This document shows, piece by piece, positions 1-10,662 of a stretch of DNA of 64,000 nucleotides. This stretch comes from Squalus acanthias (taxonomy: Eukaryota): contig CM059427.1 in NCBI GenBank assembly GCA_030390025.1, positions 188,542,001 through 188,606,000 of the forward strand, written 5' to 3'. The notes under the pieces are model-generated. The model saw only the letters and a list, made by a program, of their open reading frames with translations. It had not been told where the DNA came from and did no database searches. Each line of letters opens with the position of its first letter. The first letter of the stretch is position 1. A program made the translations under genes and the position numbers.

Positions 1-2
1 GC

Positions 3-845
3 CACCTGAGTAAACTTACACAAAAGGGGGACCCCTCAGTACACTTCATGGAAGTGGAACAGCGGGCAGGCATCAATGACTGTGATGATGCCGAGATGGC
101 AAAAATGCTCCTGTTCTCACTAGATGGCAAACTATACCAGTCCCTCTCTGCCGAAAGCAAGAGAGGATGGAATGGGTATGCTGCCTTCAGAGAGGAGGTT
201 TTAGAGGCCATGGGGATAAATGATGGTAGTCCCTTCTCCCGGGTGGAGAGGACAGTGCAGCTCGCAGGGGAGACCCCACAGGCTTTCGCAGACAGGCTGT
301 GGCTTGTGTACAGGGGTGCTTGTAATGGGGATCTCGACCGAGCTAACCTGAACAGGGACGAGCTGGCCCACTGGCTCCGTAGCCGAGTGGCAAACAGCTT
401 GCCACGAATCAAAGCCAAGGCTGAGCTTTGGTTTGACCCAAGAGATCCCCGGGTCACCGAGGAGGCAATGGTCAGACAACTGACCCTAGCCGACCGGAAC
501 GGTAGGGGGGCTGAAGAGCCCCCACCGAAAGGAAAGGTGTATGAAATAAAGCCCAGTCAGGATAAGAAGGAGTGGCACCAGGAAGGTGGTAAAACTTCCG
601 ACACAAAGCGTAACTGCTTCGGGTGTGGGAAGAGTGGGCACTGGAGAAAGGACTGTAGAAATCCCTGGAAGGATATACTAACAAAGAATTCCCCAGCTTT
701 TGCCCCAAAAGTAGAGGCACCGACCTCTTCCCCCACACTGGACACAATAGTAGCGGCCATCAGAGTCCTGTTTGGTGGCCCAGAGAAGGTAGCTACAGCC
801 ACTGGTGCTGTAATCCCACCTGCCCCCCCTAACGCAGACCTATGA
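3..845 (+). CDS. gag: Gag C-terminal part (capsid MHR plus CCHC nucleocapsid); frame open from window start
   Basis: MHR-like QLAGETPQAFADRL; zinc knuckle CFGCGKSGHWRKDC; ends in TGA followed by CTAG. Confidence 0.9.
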   Translation, partial: HLSKLTQKGDPSVHFMEVEQRAGINDCDDAEMAKMLLFSLDGKLYQSLSAESKRGWNGYAAFREEVLEAMGINDGSPFSRVERTVQLAGETPQAFADRLWLVYRGACNGDLDRANLNRDELAHWLRSRVANSLPRIKAKAELWFDPRDPRVTEEAMVRQLTLADRNGRGAEEPPPKGKVYEIKPSQDKKEWHQEGGKTSDTKRNCFGCGKSGHWRKDCRNPWKDILTKNSPAFAPKVEAPTSSPTLDTIVAAIRVLFGGPEKVATATGAVIPPAPPNADL

Positions 846-1973
846 CTAGAACCAGTGCAGCCCGTCTACCTGTGTTCCCCGGAATACGATGGTAAGAAGG
901 GGGTGGAGACGGTGCAGGGGAGATGTTTGGTGGACACCGGAGCTGCCAGCACGGTGGTCCATTCAGAAGACCTGACCAATTCACCCAGGTCTAACAAGGT
1001 CCCATTTAGCATAATGGGGTTCACAGGGAACGAGCAGGCTGGGGCAATGTCCAAACCTTTGGACATAGATTTAGGATCCCTCCATACCACGTGGGAGGGT
1101 AACCAAAAGGCCGACAAATTGGGCAAGCAGGGGACCAGGGAAGGAGAGTTCTGGGATCCCTATAAAGCAAGTCCGGTAGCCGCAATCCGGGACAAGGGAG
1201 GCACACAGGGGGTAGCTTTGCCCCCGGACTTGAAGCAGGTCCAAGCCCAGGATCCCGTCCTTAAGGCCGGCCTGGTAAAGAGAGAGAATGGGGAGTCCAT
1301 AGAAGGTCTGTTTAGGGCAGCGGACGAGATTTTAAAACAGATTCACTGGCAAGCAGCCAGTAACCTGGGGAGCCAGCACCAGAAAAATCGCCTGCTGTTA
1401 GAACCCCAGAGAACCCACGAGTGGGAGATTGACCAGTGTAAACTGTTTAAACCCGACAAAGGGGAACGGCCAGCAAGGGTGAACCGCCCCAAAGTTAGAA
1501 ATCCCCAGCCAGCAGCTGTGGCAGACGCACAAGCTGCAGCGGGAGGGACAGTGTGTTGTCTCACAGGAGAGAACCCTCCCCCGATGACATGGGACTCAAG
1601 CACACCCCCAGTGGCCAGAGCCCTAAGAAGGTCTCCCCACACACCACAGCCAAGGCTACTGTGGCCACAGGTGTATCAGTTTACAGGGTCCCACCCAAAG
1701 AGGGCTGCAACCCGAAAAGGAGCGCCCAAGAGCAGGGAGCGTTCTAAAGTTGGGGATCCCCAGCCTACAGCCTCCAACAGTGAGGGACTCACAGGAGAGG
1801 TAGTACTGGGAGAAGAGAGAGAGAAGGGTCCCCAGCCTGCAGCCTCAGGCTGGGAGGAGCCCACAGATATGAACGAGGGCGCTGCAGCCACACCAAAGGG
1901 GGTAGTGTGCTGCAGCACAGGACGCAGCTGGGATGTTAAGATAACCCCAGCGTTTTGGAGGAAGGCCTTCTGA
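846..1973 (+). pseudogene. pol: Internally deleted pro-pol in frame with gag: protease N-half, RNase H tail, integrase flanks, Pro/Ala/Gly-rich tail
   Basis: CLVDTGAASTVV and IMGFTG (protease); GNQKADKLGKQG (RNase H end); DLKQVQAQDPVL (pre-integrase); IDQCKLF (integrase C-end); no RT YxDD, no HHCC, no DDE. Confidence 0.8.
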
Positions 1974-2252
1974 GTCCGGCGGTACAGGCCGCACTACACC
2001 CAGGTGTACAAGCCATCCAGAGGCCACAAAAGGCAGAGGCTAAACAGGATTTAACCTGGCCGTCCGGAGACGGGTGGCAAATGTACAGAGTTTTACGTTT
2101 TAAGTCATTGCAGTTTTGGTAGTTATGGGTTATCATTAGTTCAGTTATTTGTAGAGTTTTAAGTTTAAGGGCTCGATTAATTATCCAGCCAGAGAACCTT
2201 TCTGGGACATGGATATATGTTTTGTGAGTGCCCCTACAGAAAGGAATTCGGA

Positions 2253-3938
2253 ATGACAAGGGTTCTGCTCCTGCTCGCCCTGGTAGGGGTGAGCATCGGT
2301 GACCAAGGTGACGTAGAGGACTCCCACATCTATGGGTGCTCGGGAGAGAGAGCACCAGTCGTCATCGCAGGGGGTGGCGAGCGGGGAGTGGAGGAGCTCG
2401 CCATCTACTTCCACGAGGGAAGGTGGCCAGGGTGGCTGAGTTCCAACTCTACTAAATACTCCAACCAGCCCGGGTTCATGTACGGGGAGGCCTCCCTCCC
2501 ATGCCCCAGAATACAGGTTGTTGCCACAAGGGTCAGTGTCACCGAGGGGAAGCGTGTGTGCCTTACCTGTAAGGGACGAATTCCCCTGAATAGGTGGTGG
2601 TGGCTCAGGAAGCTGAGCAGGGACGCAGGGGACCATACAGCCCACTGGGAAAGATTAGGGAACGACACCTACCGGACAATCACAGGGACCCAAGGGAGAG
2701 CGAGTGTTTGTTGGGATAAGTGGTGGGAGTCGGAACAGGGAGTCTATGTTTGTATGTGGGGATCAGAGGAAGCCTGCCCCACAGGGGTATCCATCATCTT
2801 CTCCAGCCAATGGCAAGATGCCGGGGAGGGGATAGGGTGGGATTCTAGCCTGCATGTGTGCGTGGTCCCACACATTCCGATCCCAGTTAATGCCACTGAA
2901 CTCGTGGCACACACCCGAAAGCCCCTACCCACGACCCAGGTACCAAAAACCCTGGAAGAAAAGTGTCCTACCACAACCAAGGGACCAGGGAATGGGTTAG
3001 TCCTAGTACCAACTGAAAAGGTACTATACCAGGGGGTACACTATGCAGTAGCTTCAGTAATATTAAACCTTACCGAGGTATACTTACCTGAGTGGTGTCC
3101 TAAGGAGACGGAGCAGTTGTACCAGGCCTTGCTAAAGGAAATGTTTCGAAAATTTTACGAGTTTGATTTTGCCAATATAGACAAAGTAGAGCTATACAGA
3201 ATACACCCTGAGAACCCTATGGGCACTGGGAGACAAAGAAGGGGAGCCTGGAATGATGTTTTCACTGCCTATAGTACAGGATCCTCTGTGATAAATAGCC
3301 TGGATGGCATGGAATTACAGACACAGATAAATGGTTTAAAAACCCAGTTAAGAAAGATCCTGAAGGATGGGAACACAGTGGTAGGCTCAGAGCTACACGA
3401 GGACCAAGCTATGATGGTTCATTTAAAGGAAATTATTGCTGAATTGGAAAGGCATGCCAAAACAGTAAATGCACTCATACAGGAGGATAGGAATGCATCG
3501 GATCAGGCTGAACAGAATGAGGTGTGTGTGCTGTACGGGGCATGGTTGCTGGACGAGGGCCATAGCAACCTGGAGGATTTAAAGCAAGGTTTAGTCCCCT
3601 CCTGGATCAGCAACAAGCACCTCGCAGCCCTCCACCCGTTTAGTAATTCGCTGAGCCAATGTCAATTTTGTCTAGCCTCTGAAGCCTACCCTGTCCCAAT
3701 AGATTGTGGGCGTTCCAATCACACTATCATGGGGATAGTAGTGAGGATGCCGGTCATGAGTGGGACAGCCCGACCCGTACCGGTATACAGGGTGGAGATC
3801 ATTGGGATCATTCAAGGGGGTGCACACATCCGTTTCACAGCGGTCCCACCTTATGTCATAAAGTGGGAACACGCTATGACAGGTACTGACCTCTTCGGGT
3901 GTTGGAGCCGGGGTTCACACATAATACTATGTCCCTAG
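2253..3938 (+). CDS. env: Env ectodomain: signal peptide, Ig-like domain, P/T-rich linker, class I F-type fusion protein; ends at a premature TAG
   Basis: MTRVLLLLALVGVSIG; splice acceptor CCCCTACAG ending 2239; furin site RQRR (3231-3242) followed by GAWNDVFTAYSTGSSVINSLD and a long heptad region; no CX6CC or immunosuppressive domain. Confidence 0.8.
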   Translation: MTRVLLLLALVGVSIGDQGDVEDSHIYGCSGERAPVVIAGGGERGVEELAIYFHEGRWPGWLSSNSTKYSNQPGFMYGEASLPCPRIQVVATRVSVTEGKRVCLTCKGRIPLNRWWWLRKLSRDAGDHTAHWERLGNDTYRTITGTQGRASVCWDKWWESEQGVYVCMWGSEEACPTGVSIIFSSQWQDAGEGIGWDSSLHVCVVPHIPIPVNATELVAHTRKPLPTTQVPKTLEEKCPTTTKGPGNGLVLVPTEKVLYQGVHYAVASVILNLTEVYLPEWCPKETEQLYQALLKEMFRKFYEFDFANIDKVELYRIHPENPMGTGRQRRGAWNDVFTAYSTGSSVINSLDGMELQTQINGLKTQLRKILKDGNTVVGSELHEDQAMMVHLKEIIAELERHAKTVNALIQEDRNASDQAEQNEVCVLYGAWLLDEGHSNLEDLKQGLVPSWISNKHLAALHPFSNSLSQCQFCLASEAYPVPIDCGRSNHTIMGIVVRMPVMSGTARPVPVYRVEIIGIIQGGAHIRFTAVPPYVIKWEHAMTGTDLFGCWSRGSHIILCP

Positions 3939-4534
3939 CACTCAGGACTTCTAAACCACAGTGCGGGTTTAAAGCTGCTGGCGCACGACCTATAAACTGT
4001 ACCATGGAGGTAATGGCACACGGCCATGTTTCCCCACAGGTAGCATATATAGGGGGTGGGACATATTGTGTCACCACAGGTGTGTCCCACTACCAGCATG
4101 GACACTTCTGGTGTCCGGTAAGTGACAGCAGTTTCTGCTTTAAACCCGAGGCAGAAGTTCAAGTGGCCCAGGAACGGATTGTCCCCATTCCTGAACCCTC
4201 CACTGTTCACCTCACTGTAACAGAAAACATCACCAACCTGCAAATGTATGTGACTTATTTTGGAGATAAAATTCCCCCTCTACCCGAACATCTTACCATC
4301 CTACTTAAAGCTGTAGAGATTTCACAAAAACATTTCTACACCCTGGAACAGAAAACAGTTGAAATAGGGGCAGAGATTTTGGATATACTAGTTCCACCCT
4401 GGTGGGATATTTTCGAGAATATAGAGGTGCCTTCCTGGATCAGGATGGCTTCCCATCTTCTGGTGGTCTGCCAGCTCGGGATAGTTCTCTACCTGCTGTG
4501 TATAAAGTGCAGGGGAAGGGATGGACAGCTCTGA
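3899..4534 (+). pseudogene. env: Frameshifted C-terminal part of env (Cys-rich region, heptad, membrane anchor)
   Basis: Cys-rich PQCGF...NCT...YCVTT...WCPVSDSSFCF; PPWWDIF; hydrophobic HLLVVCQLGIVLYLLCI; in a different frame from 2253-3938. Confidence 0.8.
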
Positions 4535-6012
4535 TCCAGACACGAAGGGACTTAGAAAGTGCATCAAAATAAAGGCTATGGCCAGGGATGGAACGAACCT
4601 TGATTTTGTTTTTCTAATAACATTTTTTGTACGTGTGTTGTGTCATTTTTGTGATGTGTATGATGTGTTTTCCCAAGCAGTGCAGGGGTGTCGGACCCTC
4701 TCCGTGCTTGGATGTGAAAAAAAGTTTGATTTTCTTACCTGTATGTACCTGAAACACCACATTAAAAAGGGGAATGTATGTTTGGGTTTTTAGTTTAGGT
4801 AATTATAGGGGAAGGTTGGTTTTCGGGGATCAGAAATTTTGCTCACCTGGTAATGATACTGATTCAGGTTCAGTATCACAGGGGGGAGTGTAAGCTTCGC
4901 AAAATCCCCCAGAAACTCGTATAGAACCCTAAAAGGGGTGATTTTTGGATTTGTCATACGAATTTGGGATGATGGGACCTAAATGAAGTGATTTGAGGCA
5001 AAAACCTCAGTTTTGGACATTTTTAAGGATCAGGGAAGAAAACCCCTGAGGAAAATGACTTTTGGATATGACTATTGGGAAAAACACCTTTCACAGACAC
5101 AAGACAGGCTGTGGAGGGGTGTGGCGAGGCAGTGGACAGCTTTTGGTTATTGGGGCCCAGTCAAGCTGTCTGGAAAATGTTTGCACTGCAATCCAAGCAG
5201 GAGTAAGAGCCTCACCCAAAACCTCACAAACACATCCAAAATTGAATAATTCAAGACGCCTTTTGAAATTCCCAGGCCCAAACAGGATGCTAGAAGCCTG
5301 AAAACAATAAAACATCCAGTACACCCATCACCCCACCAATCACCTGTAATCAACCGAAGAGATCGACAGGACGCAAGCCATTTGACACTTAGTAAAGTCG
5401 TTACTGTTAACAAGGTCTTACAATGACCAGGATTTGATTTGGCTTTGACGAGGCCACTTCAATTTAGTATAATTGAAGGCCCATCAAGCAGTTACAACAG
5501 TTTCAGTAAGAAGGCCCATCAAACAGTTACAGTTCAAGTTCAACAGAAGGCAGTTCTGCAGGCTGGAGTTACAGAGTTCAGGACAAGCAGGCAGAAGGCA
5601 GTTTCCACAGTTCTGCAAGAAGGCAGTTTGTAGATTTTCGCAATTATCACGATTTTAATAATAAGGAGAGAAGCAAGTTTAATTGAACATTTTATTGAAC
5701 GAAAGGCTGCTACTTTAAAAAAAAAGGTATAGCAGCCGTGTAAAATGGCCGCCGAGCATCGTGACAGGCTTTCCAGAACATGGTGAGCACACAGCCACTG
5801 CAGTAAAAAAAAACGCGAAGACCAGTCGTAATGGCTCAGACAAGAAGGCGCTGAAAATACATTTATAATGAGATCATGCACAGTACAGATTGGGAAGGCA
5901 GGATGCAACACATTTGCGTTTTGGACAGAACAATAAACTAAGTGCTTGACTCATTTTAAATGCACGGTGAGGAGTCATTGCACCGGACGGTCGGGGCCCA
6001 TCCAGATACATC

Positions 6013-6200
6013 ATTATACAAATTCCACCCAGCTCAACAATGAGAAAGACATTGACGGGTGATTGGGCCAGTTCTGAGTGATCCCGAAACCAGTTGAGGA
6101 GACAATTATACAAATTCCACCCAGCTCAACAATGAGTAAGACAATAACGGGTAGTTGGGCCAGTTTCGGGTGATCCCGAAACCAGTTGAAGAGACAATTA
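6013..6200 (+). repeat. 92-bp tandem duplication in LTR B (U3 enhancer-type repeat)
   Basis: ATTATACAAATTCCACCCAGCTCAACAATGAG at 6013 and 6105. Confidence 0.85.
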
Positions 6201-6314
6201 CCCCATACCGAGAACTTTGGGCGCCAAAATTAAACAAAAGACAGCATCTTGATTTGAGCGGGAGATAAGGCCCGTTCCAACAGTATAACTATAGAAGAAG
6301 AATGTGCATCAGGG

Positions 6315-6420
6315 TTGTTCGTTGTGCGTTCGTTCATTGGTCTCGTTCGTTTGGTGCGGTTCGTTCGTTGGTTCCGTTCGTTCGGTTGGTTCGGTCGGTT
6401 GGTTGGTTGGTCGTTGTTGA
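6315..6420 (+). repeat. (TTCG/TTGG)n degenerate microsatellite in LTR B
   Basis: GTTCGTTCGTTGGTTCCGTTCGTTCGGTTGG runs. Confidence 0.85.
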
Positions 6421-9198
6421 CCGTTTTGGGCAGAGGCTCACATTCGGCCAGGAGCGGAACCTCAGGACGAGCCACCTCGACACGGCAGGCAGCAGGGTAC
6501 ACCATCCCGATCATCGGTAATCGGTGTCCGGATCCATCAGGGCAACGCAGCGGTGTGTTCCCGAACGACCAGCCGCTGTCAGTCAAGAAGGCAGGAACTT
6601 CGGCCAAACGAGGCCCGAGCGACGAGAAGAATTCCACGTAGGAGCCGGCACGGTCAGTCAAACCCTGACCGCGCCCGAAGATAAACGACGAAGTAGGTTC
6701 AAACCCACTCTTTGAATCCTAACGAATATTTCATGACATCAGGAAAGACAGGCCTTTTCTTCTGGTTATTTGAGCGAATAGCCTGGGCCATCCGCGACGA
6801 ACGTTCATCAGGGCTAACCCGAGTGGGTCCATCGCGGCAGCGAGAGTAAACAAGTCGTGCTCAGAAGCTCCCACTGCCACGTGGCAGCCAGGGGCTGCAA
6901 CGAAAAGCTGCGAGCCTCATTTTAAATTCCGAAATAACCCGAGTGGTGAGCATGTTTCCCGATCCTACAAGTCCAGACTTAGTTTAGGTATTATAGGGGA
7001 GGGTGGTTTTTAAGAGTAATTTGTAATGTGTTATCCCCTTTACGATGTGCCGTGTGTTCCCCATTTGTATAGAACAAGATTTATAGACGTGTGTATACTT
7101 GTAATTTCTTTGATCTGCGCATATGACATGTATTTCATTATTTTGGACACCGTACAATAAAGGCATTTCATTTCGTATTATTCAACCAGGTCTATTTGAG
7201 TCCTTCTCTGCATTACTGCTCCTTTGCATCTAAGTCCAGGTGTCAGAACCGTAAGGGCGAGTGGGTCGAACCACTCACGGGTGATTATTTCAAGAGGTCT
7301 GGCCGGAGACCAGAGCAAGCAATAGCAAAGAATCACAGGCCACGAAAACCCCTTACAAGTTCCACAGCTCGGAAGAAGACAGTTTAAACAGAGGCAGAGT
7401 TACAGCAAGAAGTTCAACAAAGAAGGCCAACAACTTCACAAGCAGACCGACACGCAAGAAGAAACCAGAGCGACTGCCTCAGTGACCATCGGACACCTCG
7501 CGGCAACAAGGGCCTCATGAAACCTTTTACTCAAATGACTCTAAACCCTAACTCTAAACCGTCAAGGATTCGTTTGGTGAGCATTATCCCTGGTTCTCCA
7601 GAGTCCAACCTAGCTAGAGAAGTGGGATTGGGAGGGGTGAAGTATTCTTCTAATGTTATTTCCCTCGCTTATACCAATGTGTTCCCCAACCTGTGTTTAA
7701 GCATTAAGAGTGTTTTAAGTTTGTTACCCTTTTCTTTTAATAAAAGTCAAAATTCTTTCATCAAAACCTGTTGTCTACTGCATCTTTGTTCACAACCGCT
7801 AAGAAAGTCCAAGGTCTAGAACCAGGGTCGTGGAAGCGATTTGAACCGCTCACTGAGTCAGAGGTGAGGCTGACCCCCCCCCGCCCACACACCACCCCCT
7901 ACTCCACCTCCCCTTTTTCCCTTGCAATATTTTCTAAATATGTTATACCCTGCAATGTTTAATTCCTCGTCCTGATTTTTGTGTAGCCATTTCTCAAAAT
8001 CCCTACTATATCCGGTTTCTTGCAACATATTGGCTCGGAGTTTGCGGTGGGTATGACAGCATACTCTGAGAGTACGCCATCATAACGCCTTTGAAATACG
8101 CAGGAAGTTTGGGATTTCCGCATTGCACTAAATCCCGAACTTGCGATCTGTCAAGGTATGCCTAGACAGATGATCCACACCGCCTTTGAAATCCCAATTG
8201 CTTCCGCAGATTTGGGCTATTTGCCCACCAACTGCCCAGCAATTACAGACCTTTTTCTTACGGTTAGTGAAAGCAGGCGCAGGAGCCTGTTTCACATCTT
8301 AAAGGAAGATCTATGTCTGTCTATTGTGTATGTTTTGGTGGAGGTAACTTTTTTGTTGGTCGAGTTTCATTTTAATTACTTGGGAAGTTGAATAAGAAAG
8401 TTAAATAAAGTGAACATCTATCAAATTTAGTGACCAATTCTGTCCTTTCAACTCAAAAATGAACAACAAAACAAACAATATAATGCATCTATAACAAGGA
8501 AAATAGATTTATCTATTACCAGTCTAAATCAGATCTGAATAATATATTTTAATCCTGAAAATTAACATTGAATATATGGCTGGGAATCTCTTTCTGAAGT
8601 TCAACAACATTACTTGTCGGAGTGTTAGGCCTTTACTGAGTATCAAAACAGAAAGTTGTAAACATCGGGACTAATAAATTGTGAGTTTGGATGAAAAAAG
8701 TAAAGGAAAATTATGTAAGCTGGTTATTTCCAAAATCTAATAGAAGTTGTACAGTGAGGATGATTGTGAAAATGACCTGCTGACAAATCACTGCACTTTT
8801 GATGGAGCCACAAGCTTTAATTCACATTGAACTTTGGTGTGACACGTAAACCTCTTTAAGATCATTCAGTGTCCTCTTAAAACCTACTCATTAAATGGTC
8901 GAATGTGTTCGTCGCCCTTTCAGGAAAGCATTGGAACCCATTTGAGTGCATCTGAAAGAATTGTTAATCATTCTGGTATCACTTTACAATAAAGTACATT
9001 TTTTTAGAAGTTTTTAGAAGTTTTTAAAAGTTTTTTAAAAATTTTGAAATGTGATTTCAATTGAAGAAACTGAAAGAAGTTTTAGGCTTAGTTTTGACAG
9101 GTTTTGTGGGCGTGTCTTCCCTTACGCATAGGCTGTACGCTGCGCGCTTGGCCTCCGTGATGTCACACGCTGTGCAGAGCTGCAGTGGTGAACAGCAA

Positions 9199-10013
9199 GG
9201 GCTGGATGTTACCAGCCCTGAGGAGGCGGGTTTGGAGGTGGGACTGCTGGGAAAATAGGGAAAATTGGGAGCGGGTCCCAACCCTGCTCCCATCCCGCTT
9301 CCGAACCATCTTCCCGGGGGGTGGGTCCCCGACTCGCGCAGGGACCCATCTCCTAGCGGCGGGAAGGGTATTAGAGCCAATTAACTGCCTATTAACAGGT
9401 AGTTAACAGGCAGGTAAGAGGCTTTTCCCCATTTTACGCCTGCTGATGCGGGCTTCCCGACGTTGGGAAACCCCGCCAGGGTCAGCAAGGCGAGCTGTGG
9501 GTCTGCTGCAGTGTAAGTGTGCAAATGACAGCTGCAGAGGTAGTGTGATGGGTGCAATGGTGCACAGGTAAATATGACAGGTGAGAGAATGTAGTGAGCA
9601 AATATTTTTATTCTGTTTACATATATCTGCAGGTGACAAGATTTGATGTTTCTGTTAAGCCTCATCTGATCGGGAGAATAGACAGATGGCTTCTGCAATC
9701 TCACATGCAACTGCCATCTATTTTCTCTGAAGTAGAGAGTCATTGGTGACTCTGGGTGCAAGGGCTCACCTTTGAACAGTGATTGTCAAACACTGACAAT
9801 TCATATGTCAAAAAATTATGGTGCCTGTCACATTAACAAAACCGGCAGATGAAGCGTCATGCACTGACGTCATCTGACACCGGCTTTCCCTTAATTGGCC
9901 GGCAGGCCCAAAGGGCGGGCTTAACAAGGCCAATCATGGGAAAATAGCGTCAGGTCGTCCCGGAAACCAGCAGTCCCGCCCCCAACGCACCTCCTCAGGT
10001 AAGATCCCAGCCC
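9199..10013. mobile_element. Harbinger/PIF-like non-autonomous element (same family as 54577-55419)
   Basis: GGGCTGG...CCAGCCC termini; shares AATTAACTGCCT.TTAACAGGTAGTTAACAGGCAG and CTTAATTGGCC blocks with 54577-55419. Confidence 0.6.
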
Positions 10014-10103
10014 AAGTCTCCGTTCTGGGCCTCGCACAAGGTAAGTTCATATTCTTTTCGTAGGTTGGTGGCATACTCCGTAGAGACTGGAGGGTCAGTG
10101 GTG

Positions 10104-10385
10104 TTCCCCAGGGGTCAGTGTTGGGACCACTGCTCATTTTGATATATATTAATGACATGGACTTGGGTATACTGGGCATAATTTCAAACTTTGCAGATGA
10201 CACTAAACTCAGAAATGTAGTGAACAATGAGGAAGACAGTAACAGACTTCAGGATGGCATAGACAGACTGTTGAAATGGGCAGACGCATGGCAGATGAAA
10301 TTTAATGCAGAGAACTGTGAAGTGATACATTTTGGTAGGAGGAATGAGGAGAGGCAATATAAACAAAATTATGCAATTTTAAAAG
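10104..10385 (+). mobile_element. CR1 LINE RT fragment
   Basis: GVPQGSVLGPLL, FADDTKL, WQMKFN..C.VIHFG. Confidence 0.85.
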
Positions 10386-10662
10386 CCTGTGCAGGAACAG
10401 CGAAACAGAGATTTCCACTCTGTGAAAAAGTGCTCGATTGCAGTAAAATATGTTTTGTAAATGACGCTTTTTCAGTAGAGGAAGTGCTCCATATAGATTT
10501 CAGAGAAAAGCCGGGAGATATGTGGTCGAGAACTCAGCATTGCCATAAATAGAAGACCACATTAGTTCTTTTCAAAGATTGAAAAAGTCTTGGTGCGTTC
10601 TGTAACATCAGGATTGAAGTACAATGGGAATGCAAGAGAAAAGTGGATCTTTTGAAACGCGG

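Larger units (their letters stand above)
5629..7357 (+). mobile_element. Solo LTR family B (about 1.7 kb) nested in the LTR A
   Basis: TGTAG...CTTACA termini; 4-bp TSD AGTT (5625-5628 and 7358-7361); AATAAA 7156; homologous to 19969-21603. Confidence 0.9.
1..7903 (+). mobile_element. 3' part of an env-bearing LTR retroelement/ERV (loki-/SnRV-/gypsy-like), non-autonomous, 5' end outside window
   Basis: gag with MHR and CCHC, protease DTG, pol remnants, env, polypurine tract GGGGGGAG (4881-4888) immediately followed by LTR start TGTAAG (4889). Confidence 0.9.
4889..7903 (+). mobile_element. 3' LTR (family A), split by a nested solo LTR: 4889-5628 plus 7362-7903
   Basis: Start TGTAAGCTTCGCAAAATCCCCC matches 26485; sequence resumes exactly as in the uninterrupted copy at 23702-24993; AATAAA 7739; end CCCCCTACT (degenerate ACA). 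Confidence 0.85.

Noticed and set aside
2511-2867. Direct capture of the env Ig domain from the neighbouring CD4-like gene
   Set aside because: Only the generic VTEG..V.LTC motif is shared; no extended similarity is visible, so proximity is probably chance
4521-4793. Accessory ORF after env
   Set aside because: T-rich 3' region with no recognisable motif; cannot be supported from one copy
6230-6661. ORFs in LTR B
   Set aside because: Explained by microsatellite and GC-rich composition; not preserved in the second LTR B copy
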